Assembly: GCF_037042905.1 (NCBI RefSeq)
Contig: NC_087258.1
Span: forward strand, 15,748,001-15,812,000
Source of the DNA: Lytechinus pictus
Lineage: Eukaryota
Reading direction: 5' to 3'
Length of the DNA stretch: 64,000 bases
Position numbers and translations under genes: made by a program
The notes under the pieces: generated by a model
The model's database searches: none
What the model was told of the DNA's origin: nothing
The model's input: only the letters and a program-made list of their open reading frames with translations
Shown here: one piece after another, positions 24,407 through 36,382 of the stretch
Layout of the letters: every line of letters begins with the position of its first letter
How positions within the stretch are numbered: position 1 is the first letter of the stretch

Positions 24407-26434
24407 GGCTTATTATATTCACTCGCGTTCGTAATCACTCGCGTCGCGTTGGTAATCACACGCGTTTTTTATTTTTGGCGATTTTTTTTTCATTTCGGTG
24501 CGATTTTTTTTCTAACGGTGTCTACAATGGGACAAACACGCTGGGAAAATAAAATGAAATTGAAATTTGAGTTTCGTTTTAAGCCGGCAAGTGCCTTAAA
24601 TAAGATGTACTCGACTACTGTTTTAACATAACAAACAAGCAAATCAGCCATGTGGCTCAACTAACTTAGAAAGATCCGGACTTCTACTGTGTCTTATACG
24701 AGGACTCCGAGTCGGAACTTGCCATATCTGCCACATCGATATTACATCGTATCATTCCCACATGCGGACATGCCTGCATGCAATGGCCCCAAGGCGGCCG
24801 GACCCGGCCGCGGTCGGACACGACGTGCATCGGTAGCATGGAGCAAGCTAACGTGAGTCGAGCTGAGTTAGATCCCACGTTATATATGGGGCGCCGATTG
24901 TACCAATATTATATAGAACAATTATTTGTTATATAATCATTATTCATTAAATAATAACTATTATTTATATATAATTTACATTCTATTTGTAAATAATTAC
25001 TATTATATAAAATAACATTTCTAATTATTTATATATAATTCCAAGTATAATACTTCATTATTTGTAAATAATAATAGTTCGACATTCTATTATTTATAAA
25101 TAATGATTATTTGTTTTTCATTATTTATCAATACTGATTATTTGTTTTTCATTATTTATAAATAATGATTATTTGTTTTTCATTATTTATAAATAATGAT
25201 TATTTCTTTTTAATTATTTGTAAATAATGATTATTTTTTTTCATTATTTATGAATAATGATAATTTGTTTTTCATTATTTATGAATAATGATAATTTGTT
25301 TTTCATTATTTATAAATAATGATTATTTGTTTTTCATTATTTATAAATAATGATTATTTGTTTTTCATTATTTATAAATAATGGTTATTTGTATATGAAT
25401 AACGATTATTTGTATATAATGGCAAACTGTAAAAATCGTTTATAAATAATGATTATTTATAAATAATGGGATATTCAAACAAAAATGTTATTTATAAATA
25501 ATGAAACACGATGAATTTTCATTATTTATAAATAATGGGAAACTCAACAAATTATTTATAAATAAAGAAATGTGCACTGGCATTGTTAATAGATAATTAT
25601 CATTTACAAATAATAGAAAACTCGACAAACTTATTTATAAATATTAAAAAACGAATTGCAATTATTCATAAATAATGAAGTATGCAGTGTCATTATTTAT
25701 AAATAATGAAACACAAAAATTATTATTTATAGATAATGAAAAACAAATAATCATTATTTATAGATAATAGTTGTCGAACTATTATTATTTACAAGTAATG
25801 AAGTATTCCTTGGAGTTATATATAAATAATTAGAAATGTTATTTTATATAATAGTAATTATTTACAAATAGAATGTAAATTATATATAAATAATAGTTAT
25901 TATTTAATGAATAATTATTATATAACAAATAATTGTTCTATATAATATTGGTACAATCGGCGTCCCATATATAACGTGGGATCTAACTCAGCTCGACTCA
26001 CGTTAGCTTGCTCCATGCTACCGATGCACGTCGTGTCCGACCGCGGCCGGGTCCGGCCGCCTTGGGGCCATTGCATGCAGGCATGTCCGCATATGGGAAT
26101 GATACGATGTAATATCGATGTGGCAGATATGGCAAGTTCCGACGCGGAGTCCTCGTATATAAGACACAGTAGAAGTCCGGATCTATTCTAAGTTAGTTGA
26201 GCCACATGGCTGATTTGCTTGTTTGTTATGTTAAAACAGTAGTCGAGTACATTTATTTTAAGGCACTTAATTGCCGGCTTAAAACGAAACTAGAATTTCA
26301 ATTTCATTTTCTGCATGTCTGTCCCATTGAAGACACCGTTAAAAAAAAATCGCACCGAAATAAAAAAAATCGCCAAAAATTCAAAACGCGAGTGATTACG
26401 AGCCCGCACGCGACGCGAGTGATTATAAACTGCC
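24407..26434. mobile_element. 2-kb foldback DNA transposon, GG termini, 8-bp TSD (Merlin-like / TU-like)
   Basis: ~700-bp inverted arms (mirror ORFs 24684-24878 and 25976-26191); central AT-rich ~31-bp tandem repeats; TCTACAAC duplicated at 24399-24406 and 26435-26442. Confidence 0.9.
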
Positions 26435-28758
26435 TCTACAACCCATATTCCAAGAGCAAGGAAGGAGAGGGCATAAGACACCTCACTACCAGTGAAGTAG
26501 TCAAATATTTGAAGCTTGGTGCATGGTTCCATGTCATTTTCACTGATGGTTCGATTCTCACCCTCGAATGGATGCTCAGCATAGCATGGATCATCTACAG
26601 TCACAAGTATAAGTTAATTAATAGTCATCTTAGATTAGTCGATTAGGTGATTAATGTCACAAAGTTTTTCAAGGGATGCTTGAATCTTTTTGGGAGTAAA
26701 TTAAATCAGTCTAATATTTGGGAGAAAAACAAAAACAAAATTTATATATCTTGATGGCCAGACAGGAGTACATAAAACTTATATGAATTATTTTGCTTTT
26801 TTGTATTATTCTGTCGTATCATTTTTGATATTTTGCATTTCGTACATCTATATGGACAAATAATGAAGGTTATATGTTAAGGAAAAAATCTGGTCAGATC
26901 CACTGGCTCAGCTTCACCAAAGCTCTCTTCATAAGCTATTCATTGATGTCAAAGGTACATGTGCTCCTTAAAACCGGTAATGATGGGTCGTTTGTTTTCT
27001 AATGACAAGTGTTATGAAAACTGGGTTTATAACATGCGCAGGAATGCTTACATGGAAATAGACTTACTCTCTGTGTAGTGGAAAGGGTCTTTTTGTAAGG
27101 CTGATCCATTGATGGAAGTGGCAGCTACAATAATATTCCATAATGTGATATTCCTGATGAATGCAATCTCGACCGGAGTGAATAAACTGCCAGAGAGGAA
27201 TTATTGACGAAAGTCAGAAATCAGAATGAACGATCTTTTTTTTGGGGGGGGGGGTTATAGTATAGATTTGTAGAGTGAACGCGTCGTCCGAATACGCTAA
27301 TTGCGCTAACACAACAACTGTTATCTTGTACATAAACGAAAAATTGATAAAAACAAATTAATACAAGAAGATAAAATTTACACTATGCAAAGTTACAAAC
27401 ATTTACTATCGCAAGTATGTAAGATTTGACATTACTGATCAAAAGTCATAGCTACATCCTGATGGGGACAGATGCTCTCCTGCTTGCTGCTCCGTTCAAT
27501 TACAGTTTAAGGGACAGTCATCCCACAGGAGCTCGAGCAAATGAGGACACCAGCCCCTAACATGTAGCCAGTGAAACAAATACTGCACGTAGTAAGTGAT
27601 AACCAAATTTTGTATGGGTAGGATAAATAAGTTTCACTTCATCTTATTTTTCATACCAGACCCGGCAAATGTGAGGGCGAATAGCAGATGAAACATAATT
27701 ATGTAGCAGCAATCAACAGGAGATGGAAACGGGAGAAAAGAATATGGAGGTAGGCTAAATAACAATTGGATGTGGGGAGGAGGATTATAAGTGGAAGTGT
27801 GAGAGAGAGATAGAGAGACGGTTGAGAGAGAAACATTTTCGAAATCGTGGACCCAGGATTTTCTAAAGGATGTGCTTTTTGTCCCAAATAATTCGACTAC
27901 CCCCCCCCCCAAAAAAAAAAAAGCGTCATTACTCACTTATGAAGGGGGTTTGGTCTCTGGAAAAGAATAAAATGGAGCCATAAAAAAGGCTTATCTCTCA
28001 CAAATGAACTATGTAGGGTGATGGGGGTTTGTTCTCCAGATATAAATCGACAAAAATTTATTTTTTGGTGCAATTTTCCGTGGTGCACCCAGCACTACCA
28101 CTCCCCCTGGATCCATGTCTGGTATGAACATTACATTAAGTTAAATGAAATTCGGTTAGGAATGATGCTGATACTTTGAGAATTAGAGAATACGATTTCT
28201 CACCCATTCTTTTCGTTTTCAAACCAGAATCGATCAGCATCCCTTGACCTTACAAACTGATCCTTGATGATGAATCTGAAGAGTTCCCCAGGTCCATTGC
28301 TCGTGGTTTCCATCAATCCTCCGGCCCATATGTCTACTTGGTCAAGATCACCATCGTATACCGCTCTTAGTCGTTCCAGTTCCTAACAAATGCAAAATTT
28401 GGAGAGAGGATGCATAAATATTTCCCTCTAGATTTTTTTTTTAAATAGCCATTTTGTCATCAGTATCAAAAACGTTCGATTTTCATAATTAACATCTTCA
28501 TCATCATATTCGTCACCATCATTATCATGATTATTATCGGTGGAATAATGCGCAAAGAAATTTGAGGTTTCTAAACATGTGTATGAGGCATAATTTCTAA
28601 AATATCGCGAGCGAGCAAGACTTTTTTAAAACTTATAATCAGTGTCAATATCTATGACTTTTGAAATTTCATAATCCCAACTCACTCCTTTCCGACTAAC
28701 CTTCGATCACACTATTTTTTGAAAAAGTGAGATCTGTGCTGCAAATTACTGCAAGTAA

Positions 28759-29000
28759 TGGGTCGTGTGGTCCAGTGGTTAGAGCACTGGACTCTTAATC
28801 GCAAGGTTGTGAGTTCGAATTCCCACCATGCCATTGCCTCCACTTTGATAAAAAGGCCCAAGGGTAGTATATAAGGTCCTCTATAAGGTCAGCCACTATG
28901 ATGACTGATTAACCTAGACGTAAAATGTTTCCTAGGTAATTGGTTATATACCAGCTTGGCGTTGACCAGCAAAATGTTGTCCTATTGAGTCCCTACTACG
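28759..29000 (+). mobile_element. tRNA-derived SINE
   Basis: A box TGGTCCAGTGG, B box GTTCGAATTC, non-tRNA body; 3' end approximate. Confidence 0.6.
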
Positions 29001-31829
29001 ATAGTTACCATGAACAGAAACAGAAAATAAAAGTGGACAGAGATGGGAGCGAGCGAGCGAGACGACCTAATGGAGTGAATTGAGGCTGGTTTAACGTGTT
29101 AAAATTGATTTCTTTCCTACCCAAGATATAAGAGTCGTGTACTCCTTTTTTCATCTAAAAACACTACAGTAGTGACTGCTTACCTCTGGACCGATGAATG
29201 TTTCTGGTGCTAATTCAGGTTGATTTTTATTGATTTCTGCGAAAGAATTCTTTCGTCCTAATCCCAGACACTCACGAGCTGTATTATAATCCGGCAAACC
29301 ATGGTCACGGCCTCGTTGGATATTCAGCGCCATCAGATCACGACGAGAGAATTCCAATGGTCCGAATACACGCCCTGGAAAGACAAGAATTTATAAAACA
29401 CCGATCATTCTTCATTTTCCTTGCTAGTTATAGGAATTGGATTTTATACATTCAAATGATAACTGGCTAAATATTACTTCCATTGGTACAAATGTACCTC
29501 AGACCGTTCTATGTGATAAATTTTGGAAAACAGGTGGCTATTGTGTGTGATATCTGACATGCAGAATTGGGAATAAACCATCTGATTACAGGTCAATAAT
29601 CTGAGAACACATCAATTTCATTCGAAAATCAATTGCTTTGATTTATCAATATTCAAACTCCCACTATATCATACAGGGACCGCGGAAGCCCACCCCCCCC
29701 CCTTATTTTTTCATAAACCGTGTACAAAAACGTAACAATGACCATTGGATTGTGATTTTTTTTGCATGGTCACCCCAGCTGGAACTCAGCTTGACCCGAT
29801 TTAAAGCCTGAAGAGTCCATGGTGGATGTTCGGAACTCGCATTGTTCATTCCTTAAAGAAAGAAAAATTACTTTGACTTTGAATTTGAATTGCTTAAATC
29901 ATAACATTTTGATAAGAGTATAACAAAGTGGTGCATTTTGTATAATTGAAAGTTGACAAGAGTGATCGACTGCTCCTTTTTGTTATGTACCTGATAGTAT
30001 CCCAATCCCCATAGCTAAAACATAAACGAATTACTAAAGTCAGTTATCTGACTCAATGTCCATCTTTACACAATTAAACTATACATTGTGGAATTCAATA
30101 CCACAATGAATAGTTGCTCTATCCCCCCCCCCCCTCCCCATCCCCGATAATAGAATAAACAGTTCAGTTATTAAAAACAGGTGATGCGAAGTGAATTCGA
30201 TTACAATCTTATTATCTGGTACTAGTAAATGAAATGAAAACAGAACTTCCCTCAATCATGATCGTCATTCATTTACAAATGAAAGTCTAAAAAAAAATAT
30301 AGGGAGAAATTAATAGGACCAGACAAAGAAGGAAGAATGTTTCAAATGCATCTACTAAAATCAAACCCTAAACAAGTATTTCATATTGCATGAATCTCGC
30401 GATGAATTTATAACAAAGTTTATGCAAGGGCTATAGGTTGTACCACAGATTAATAAAGGAGCTTAAGATTTCTCATCCGTGAAACAAAATCTTCTTACTA
30501 TACATTTCAGCGCATGAATAAGGAGGAGAGTATTAATGGTATTAATTGAGAGAATATTCCGCACTCTGGGTTTGGTTATAAAAAAAAATGATGTTATGTA
30601 GTAGACTCCATACCTGCGCATTACTCCAGGAGGAACAAGAGTATGACCAAACCTCATAGCGGCCGACTGAAATTCATGAGTAATGCCTGGATGAATGTAT
30701 CCTTTATAACCTGAATACGAGGGCGGGAACGTGAGAAAAGCACATTAAAAAACTTCTTTTGAAAATTTTAGTTTAACACGTTTATTGAAGAAAGAATTTG
30801 GATTATTATTGGATTATTCTGTCATTAAAATTTTACATGCAGTCACTGCAGTGACTGTCATATTGAAGAATATGACCATCAAATCGAATTTAAGAACACG
30901 CTCAGCTCTTTTTCATCTCTCCCACTTCTTTGTAAAGCTGATTGTTCCTACCACAAGCCTTTTTATGATATATTTCGTTACTTTATTGAATGCATATCAG
31001 AAAACTCTATACTTGCGAAGTAATTATTTACCCCTAACCACCAAATTATCAGAGATTCAGATACTGTTATATTTCAGACATTCTAACTGTAGGCTTTATC
31101 TACTATATCTGTCCAATTTTTTTACAAGAAATCTTTTACACAAACATACATGTATGTTTTAGAATGTGAAATTGCACTCTATGTAACATTTTTTTCAGAT
31201 TTCCAAACACTACATAAATTAAGAAATAGCACGAAACACAAATTGGAAAATTTAGAAAATTAGAAATTGTAAAAAGTATTTCCCCGATCTGTCGTCATTG
31301 ATGTGATTACGTTCAGAATCACATCCATAAATAAAAAATCACAATTCAAACATATAGAGAGATGGCCAACGTAACGACTGACCAAGTTGATCTTCTCTTC
31401 TTTCAAACCCACTTACTCTGCAGCTTGTTTTGAAATAGGCCAATTGGATTGTATGCAGTGTATATATATATATATATATTAGAATCATTTGTATACATAT
31501 ATATATATATACATGTTTATCTACACAAGAAGATGACCGTCGTAAAGATTACTGAGTGAGGTCTCGGGTTTGTGTAACTTATATTTCAACATCCTCTTCT
31601 CTTAAAAATCTCCTTTCGAAAATGCATCTTTTTAAATGTTTTTTTTTCCGCTTTTTGAAGGAAGCATTTAACAGACGAATAATAACAATATAAATTTAAA
31701 GAGCGCAGAAATTATTCCATGAAATATATATTCTACTGCGCTTTATAGGACTCCTAAAATGCTTTTTATGAATTAAATAGTTGTGTTTTGAGCTTTGATT
31801 TAAAGTTATTTACCGATGGGGCTTTCCTG

Positions 31830-32062
31830 CACAGCAAAAACTGTGGTGTTAACCGGTGTACATAGAGGACCACACCAGTACACCGGTGTTGAATTGGTGG
31901 TGTTAGTTTTACACCTATAGGTGTCATTACAACACCTATGGTTGTTACATTTACACTCTTTGATGTTATGTTCAATCTCTAGGGTGTTATTTTAACACCT
32001 CAGGGTGTGGTCCTCTATTAACACCGATTGGTGTCAGTTTTAACACCACAGTTTTTACAGTG
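31830..32062. mobile_element. CMC/EnSpm-like MITE (copy 2)
   Basis: Same sequence family as 6180-6418; TG TSD. Confidence 0.75.
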
Positions 32063-32544
32063 TGGCAAAGAAAGGTTTACTCTTACCTGAATATTCAAAT
32101 TCTTTAACATCTTCTGGTGAAAAATTAAGATATCCAGGAAGCCACTAGTAATAAACAACATTCTGAAAGAAACAATATCAGTCAACACTTTTTGGTTTAA
32201 ACCTATATCATAATGCGGTGTTAATCGTTGTACATAGCGAACCACACCATTCGTTTCACTCCGTTGTTAAATTTACAGTGTTAGCTCAACACCTATGTGT
32301 GTCATATAACACCTTTGGTTGTTTATGCCTCTTTTGGGAATATGTTCAAGTTTAACTACCTCAGTGTGTGGTGCTCGAGGATTAGTTTTAACTTCCAAGT
32401 TATTATGGTGCATATATGCCTACATTGGTTGGTATTGGTAGATATTGGTAGACAGAACAGTACCGAAATAAATAACGAATATGTGTAACAGACAGATGGT
32501 AACAATCCTCGTCTGGGGCTTTAACCGATCCTTGATTGCATCAG

Positions 32545-32689
32545 GGGCCCGTTGCAGAAAGAGTTGCAATCAATCGCAACTCCAAAAATCATGCGCAACT
32601 TGATTTTCAACCAATCAACAGCGCGCATTTTTGACTTGCGACTGATTTTTTGACTTGCGTTTAAACGCAACTCTTTCTGCAACGGGCCC
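32545..32689. mobile_element. Harbinger-like MITE
   Basis: GGGCCCGTTGCAGAAAGAGTTGC / GCAACTCTTTCTGCAACGGGCCC TIRs, CAG TSD; sister copy ~51748-51892. Confidence 0.8.
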
Positions 32690-32953
32690 CAGGAATGGTT
32701 AACATGCCAATGTCGTCAATTTCAACTGTGCAATACGAATAAATTTCATGAACCTGTAATTCCCAAAACACAGATTTTGCATCAAATCCCAGTCCGTTTT
32801 TCTCGTTTGTAGTATTTTTTTTATAAACTCTAACTTGCCGTCAGGATGGCATTCTAATTACCTGATACTTATCTAAGTTTTCTTCTCTAGTAAACACGAG
32901 TTTTGTGAACGTCGTCAACTTAATACTTCTGTGGGCTTCTATCTCACTTGGAG

Positions 32954-32993
32954 CATGGACCTACTAGCTAAGAGCATGGCTAGTAGGTCCATG
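32954..32993. mobile_element. 40-bp palindromic micro-insertion with 7-bp TSD
   Basis: CATGGACCTACTAGC...GCTAGTAGGTCCATG flanked by CTTGGAG at 32947-32953 and 32994-33000. Confidence 0.7.
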
Positions 32994-33254
32994 CTTGGAG
33001 TAAACGTCATACAATGTATCTTCCACCTCATCTCGTATTCAAGTTTTCGTACCCTTTTCTCTGTTATTTCACCATGAGAAAAATCCAAAATACCGCTTGT
33101 GCTAGCCAAGTTAGTTGTCTGATAACATCTGTTTGGATTTGTGTCAAATATTAGGATCATACAATAATTGGAACATTTTGAATATATCGGAGGATTTCTA
33201 CTTGAATTTGTCTACACGCTTAAAGTTGGTAAATTGTGCTTGGATATTATCATT

Positions 33255-35582
33255 ATATAATTTAATAAGATTATCTCGCAAGATGTATTACTCAGACAAA
33301 TTAACTAAAGTTAGCGCTAATTCAAAGGCGACATGGCGGGTTATAAATGAGATTATCGGAAAAAAGACAACTGAATTACCTAAAGATGGACTAACTTTAA
33401 ACGGTGATAAAATCGCAGATAATTCCACTTATGCTTCACAATTCAATTCTTTTTTTAGTAACATCGGCCCCCAACTAGCAAATAAGATAGGTAGTTGCAA
33501 CAATGCACATTTTACTGATTTTATTTCAACGCCATTCGAAAATTCTATTTTTCTCAATCCTACCAACCCCACTGAACTCATTAACATTACGAAATCCTTA
33601 AACTCTAGTAAGTCACAAGGACATGATAGGATAAGTACATCTATGCTTAAAGAAATTATTCATGCTATTGTTGATCCTTTAACTTATATTTTTAATCAAT
33701 CTATATCATCAGGTGTTTGTCCGAACCTACTCAAAATTGCAAAAGTTACCCCGATCTACAAAAAAGATGATCCTCATGAAATAAGTAATTACCGCCCAAT
33801 TTCTATACTTTGTAGTATATCCAAAATCTTAGAAAAAATAATATACACACGATTGTACAATTTTTTAAACTTGCATAATTTATTGAATCAAAATCAATAT
33901 GGTTTTAGGAAAAATCACTCTACAGATTTAGCGCTAGTAAATATTTACGACAAAATTACTAAAGCGATGGCTGATAAAGAACATGTTATTGGAATATTTT
34001 TGGACCTAAGCAAAGCTTTTGATACACTTAATCACAAAATATTACTTCACAAACTACATTTATACGGAATACGTGGAAATGCACACAGATGGTTAGAAAA
34101 TTATTTATCAAACAGACAACAATATGTTACATTTAATGGAATAGATTCAACCTTTAAAACTATCGAATGCGGTGTGCCTCAGGGGTCAATTTTGGGGCCG
34201 CTCCTCTTCCTATTATATGTCAATGATATATCAAATACTTCGGCCTTATTATCGTTTATCCTCTTTGCAGATGATACTAATATTTGTTATGCTCACACAG
34301 AACTAGAAACTGTAATATCTACTTTAAATGTTGAATTATGTAAAGTATCTACTTGGTTCAAATGCAACAAATTATCCTTAAATATAAACAAAACACATTT
34401 TATGCACTTTAAGCATTACAATACACATGCTGTTAACAATACAATAACGATAAATATTGATAACGTATCTCTACAGCAAAAACAACATTCAAAGTTTCTA
34501 GGGGTAACTATTGATGAAAATTTATCCTGGAATAATCATTTAAGCCAAGTCACAACTTCCGTGTCCAAAGGTGTTGGAATAATTTCCAAATTAAAATACA
34601 TATTACCTGAAAAAACTCTCTTTTTACTTTATAATGTTTTGGTGCTTCCTCACATATCATATTGTAATATAGTTTGGGGTAATTGTGGTAAAACGAAACT
34701 TAATCCGATTTTCTTATTACAAAAAAGAGCAGTCCGTATTTGCACAGGATCACAATATCTTGCTAGATCCAATCCTTTATTTTTTAAATTAAAAACATTT
34801 CAGATATAAATACATTTCATGCTGCTATATTCATGTTCAAATACAAAAAGGGATTACTTCCCCCTTCCTTTCAAAATATGTTCACCCTGAACAACACCAT
34901 CCATTCTTATCCAACACGAAACTCCACAAACTTTCATTTAACAAATCCAAAACTAATAATAACACACAAATCAATTAGACATTACGGTGCGGATTTGTGG
35001 AATGATTTATCACATGACATTAAGCTATGCACATCACTTTATTCATTCAAAGCTGTTCTGAAAAAAAATACGCTGTCAAGCTATAATTTTTAAAATCTTT
35101 CTGTGTACCCAAACAACTGATAATCCCCCCCCCCCTTGCACATGCACACTCGCACACCTGCACTTGCACTTTCACTTTTATCAACGTTATTAATCTTATC
35201 TCAATCAAATTTCTCTTCTCTATCCACTTTTGATATATTCCTATTATTTTGTGCAATAAAAGATAGTCTCTTTTATTGCACTATACAGTCTGGTTTTCTA
35301 TCCCCTTTCCTTTCGAGGCCTCCATCGCTTTCAAGCTCCAAGCTTAAGATGGAGGTCTCCCACATTTCTATATATATGTTCAGTAATTAAAGAAAATGTA
35401 TATAGATATATAATTTCACAGTACAGTTGATATTTTATAATGATTTATGTGCATTATTCATTATGTTTAAAAAAATATTTGCTTATTATGTAATATTGAA
35501 AAAAAAATGTTATACTTGTATATTCTTTGTTTTTTGTTTAGAAATGTGGAAATAAAATAAATCAAATCAAATCAAATCAAAT
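33255..35582 (+). mobile_element. 5'-truncated CR1/L2-group LINE, RT domain of ORF2
   Basis: RT motifs NYRPISIL, QYGFR, FLDLSKAFD, GVPQGSILGPLLF, FADDT, KFLGV. Frameshift near 34800 (frame continues 34833-35093). 3' UTR ends in an (AAATC)n tail. Confidence 0.93.
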
Positions 35583-36382
35583 TATATCATATAACCTACC
35601 CCCGCTTTGAACAGTATAAAAGTTAAAGTATTGCATATTAAAATATAAAATACATGTATATGTGTATAGATCTATCACATAACTTGCTCTTTTCCCGTTT
35701 TTCAAGAGCTATCAACACATTCTTTTAAGAATAACAGTTCAGTTTTCTTCTTGATTATCATACTGATCTAAATTAACATGGTGATCGTAGATCGTATTCA
35801 TGATCATGAGAATCAGAGACAGATCACCTAATTCGTCCTCATGACGAATTAAAATTCTAGTTTGGTTTGGTTTCACACGTGCTGAAATTCGTCACAATTA
35901 TAGCCTTATTTTTCCACTGGAATCATCATTCAAATTACGATTTTTTTTTTCACCGTGTGAAAGGGCGGAAAGAGAAAGCGAATAACTTCGACCTCGACGC
36001 ACTTGGCCAGAATCCAGAATTTATAACTATCGGTTACAATCCCTGGCAGTGCCTGGATAAAAAAAAACATTTGCCTGCCCAGACTAGGCGTAGGTTAAGC
36101 GGATGTATTCATACCTGTGTTATAGTAGCTGTATATTGTGCAATACTTCATTCTTGTTCGCTGATCTATATCATCGGCATCCACTGTCATTAATGTTACA
36201 CACACGAACACACTGCTCACATGAAGGTAAGTCACCTAATTTTCCACGTCTTTATATAATTATATGTATCTACTTTTAGTGGACCATTCGTTTAAACCCC
36301 GTTTAAACAGAACATGAGATAATGCGGACGATTGTACGAAATGAACTCAGTCCAACGACAATGAAGACAGTCTATTTATCTA

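Larger units (their letters stand above)
22827..32162 (-). pseudogene. DUOX: Dual oxidase (Duox) pseudogene fragment: peroxidase-domain C-half, TM1 and start of the cytosolic region
   Basis: Exons: 32087-32162 (NVVYY*WLPGYL); 30614-30710 (HPGITHEFQSAAMRFGHTLVPPG); ~29776-29851 (truncated); 29184-29374 (FGPLEFSRRDLMALNIQRGRDHGLPDYNTAR); 28204-28382 (GPGELF...RDADRFWFEN); 27068-27186; 26436-26594 (DPC...DYFTGS); 23918-24037; 23409-23533 (SE*REG); ~22827-22937 (ENDIVLKF, truncated). Intron phases are mutually consistent. Confidence 0.92.

Noticed and set aside
25080-25420. CRISPR-like arrays (also 6855-7134 and 63328-63495)
   Set aside because: Tandem degenerate units without unique spacers, no cas genes, eukaryotic context.
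24684-26191. Twin ORFs MGSNSARLTLACS... on opposite strands
   Set aside because: By-product of the foldback element's inverted arms; GTG start and no protein features.
33115-33254. N-terminal part of the 564-aa ORF
   Set aside because: Chance in-frame flanking DNA upstream of the LINE 5' truncation point; no endonuclease domain.
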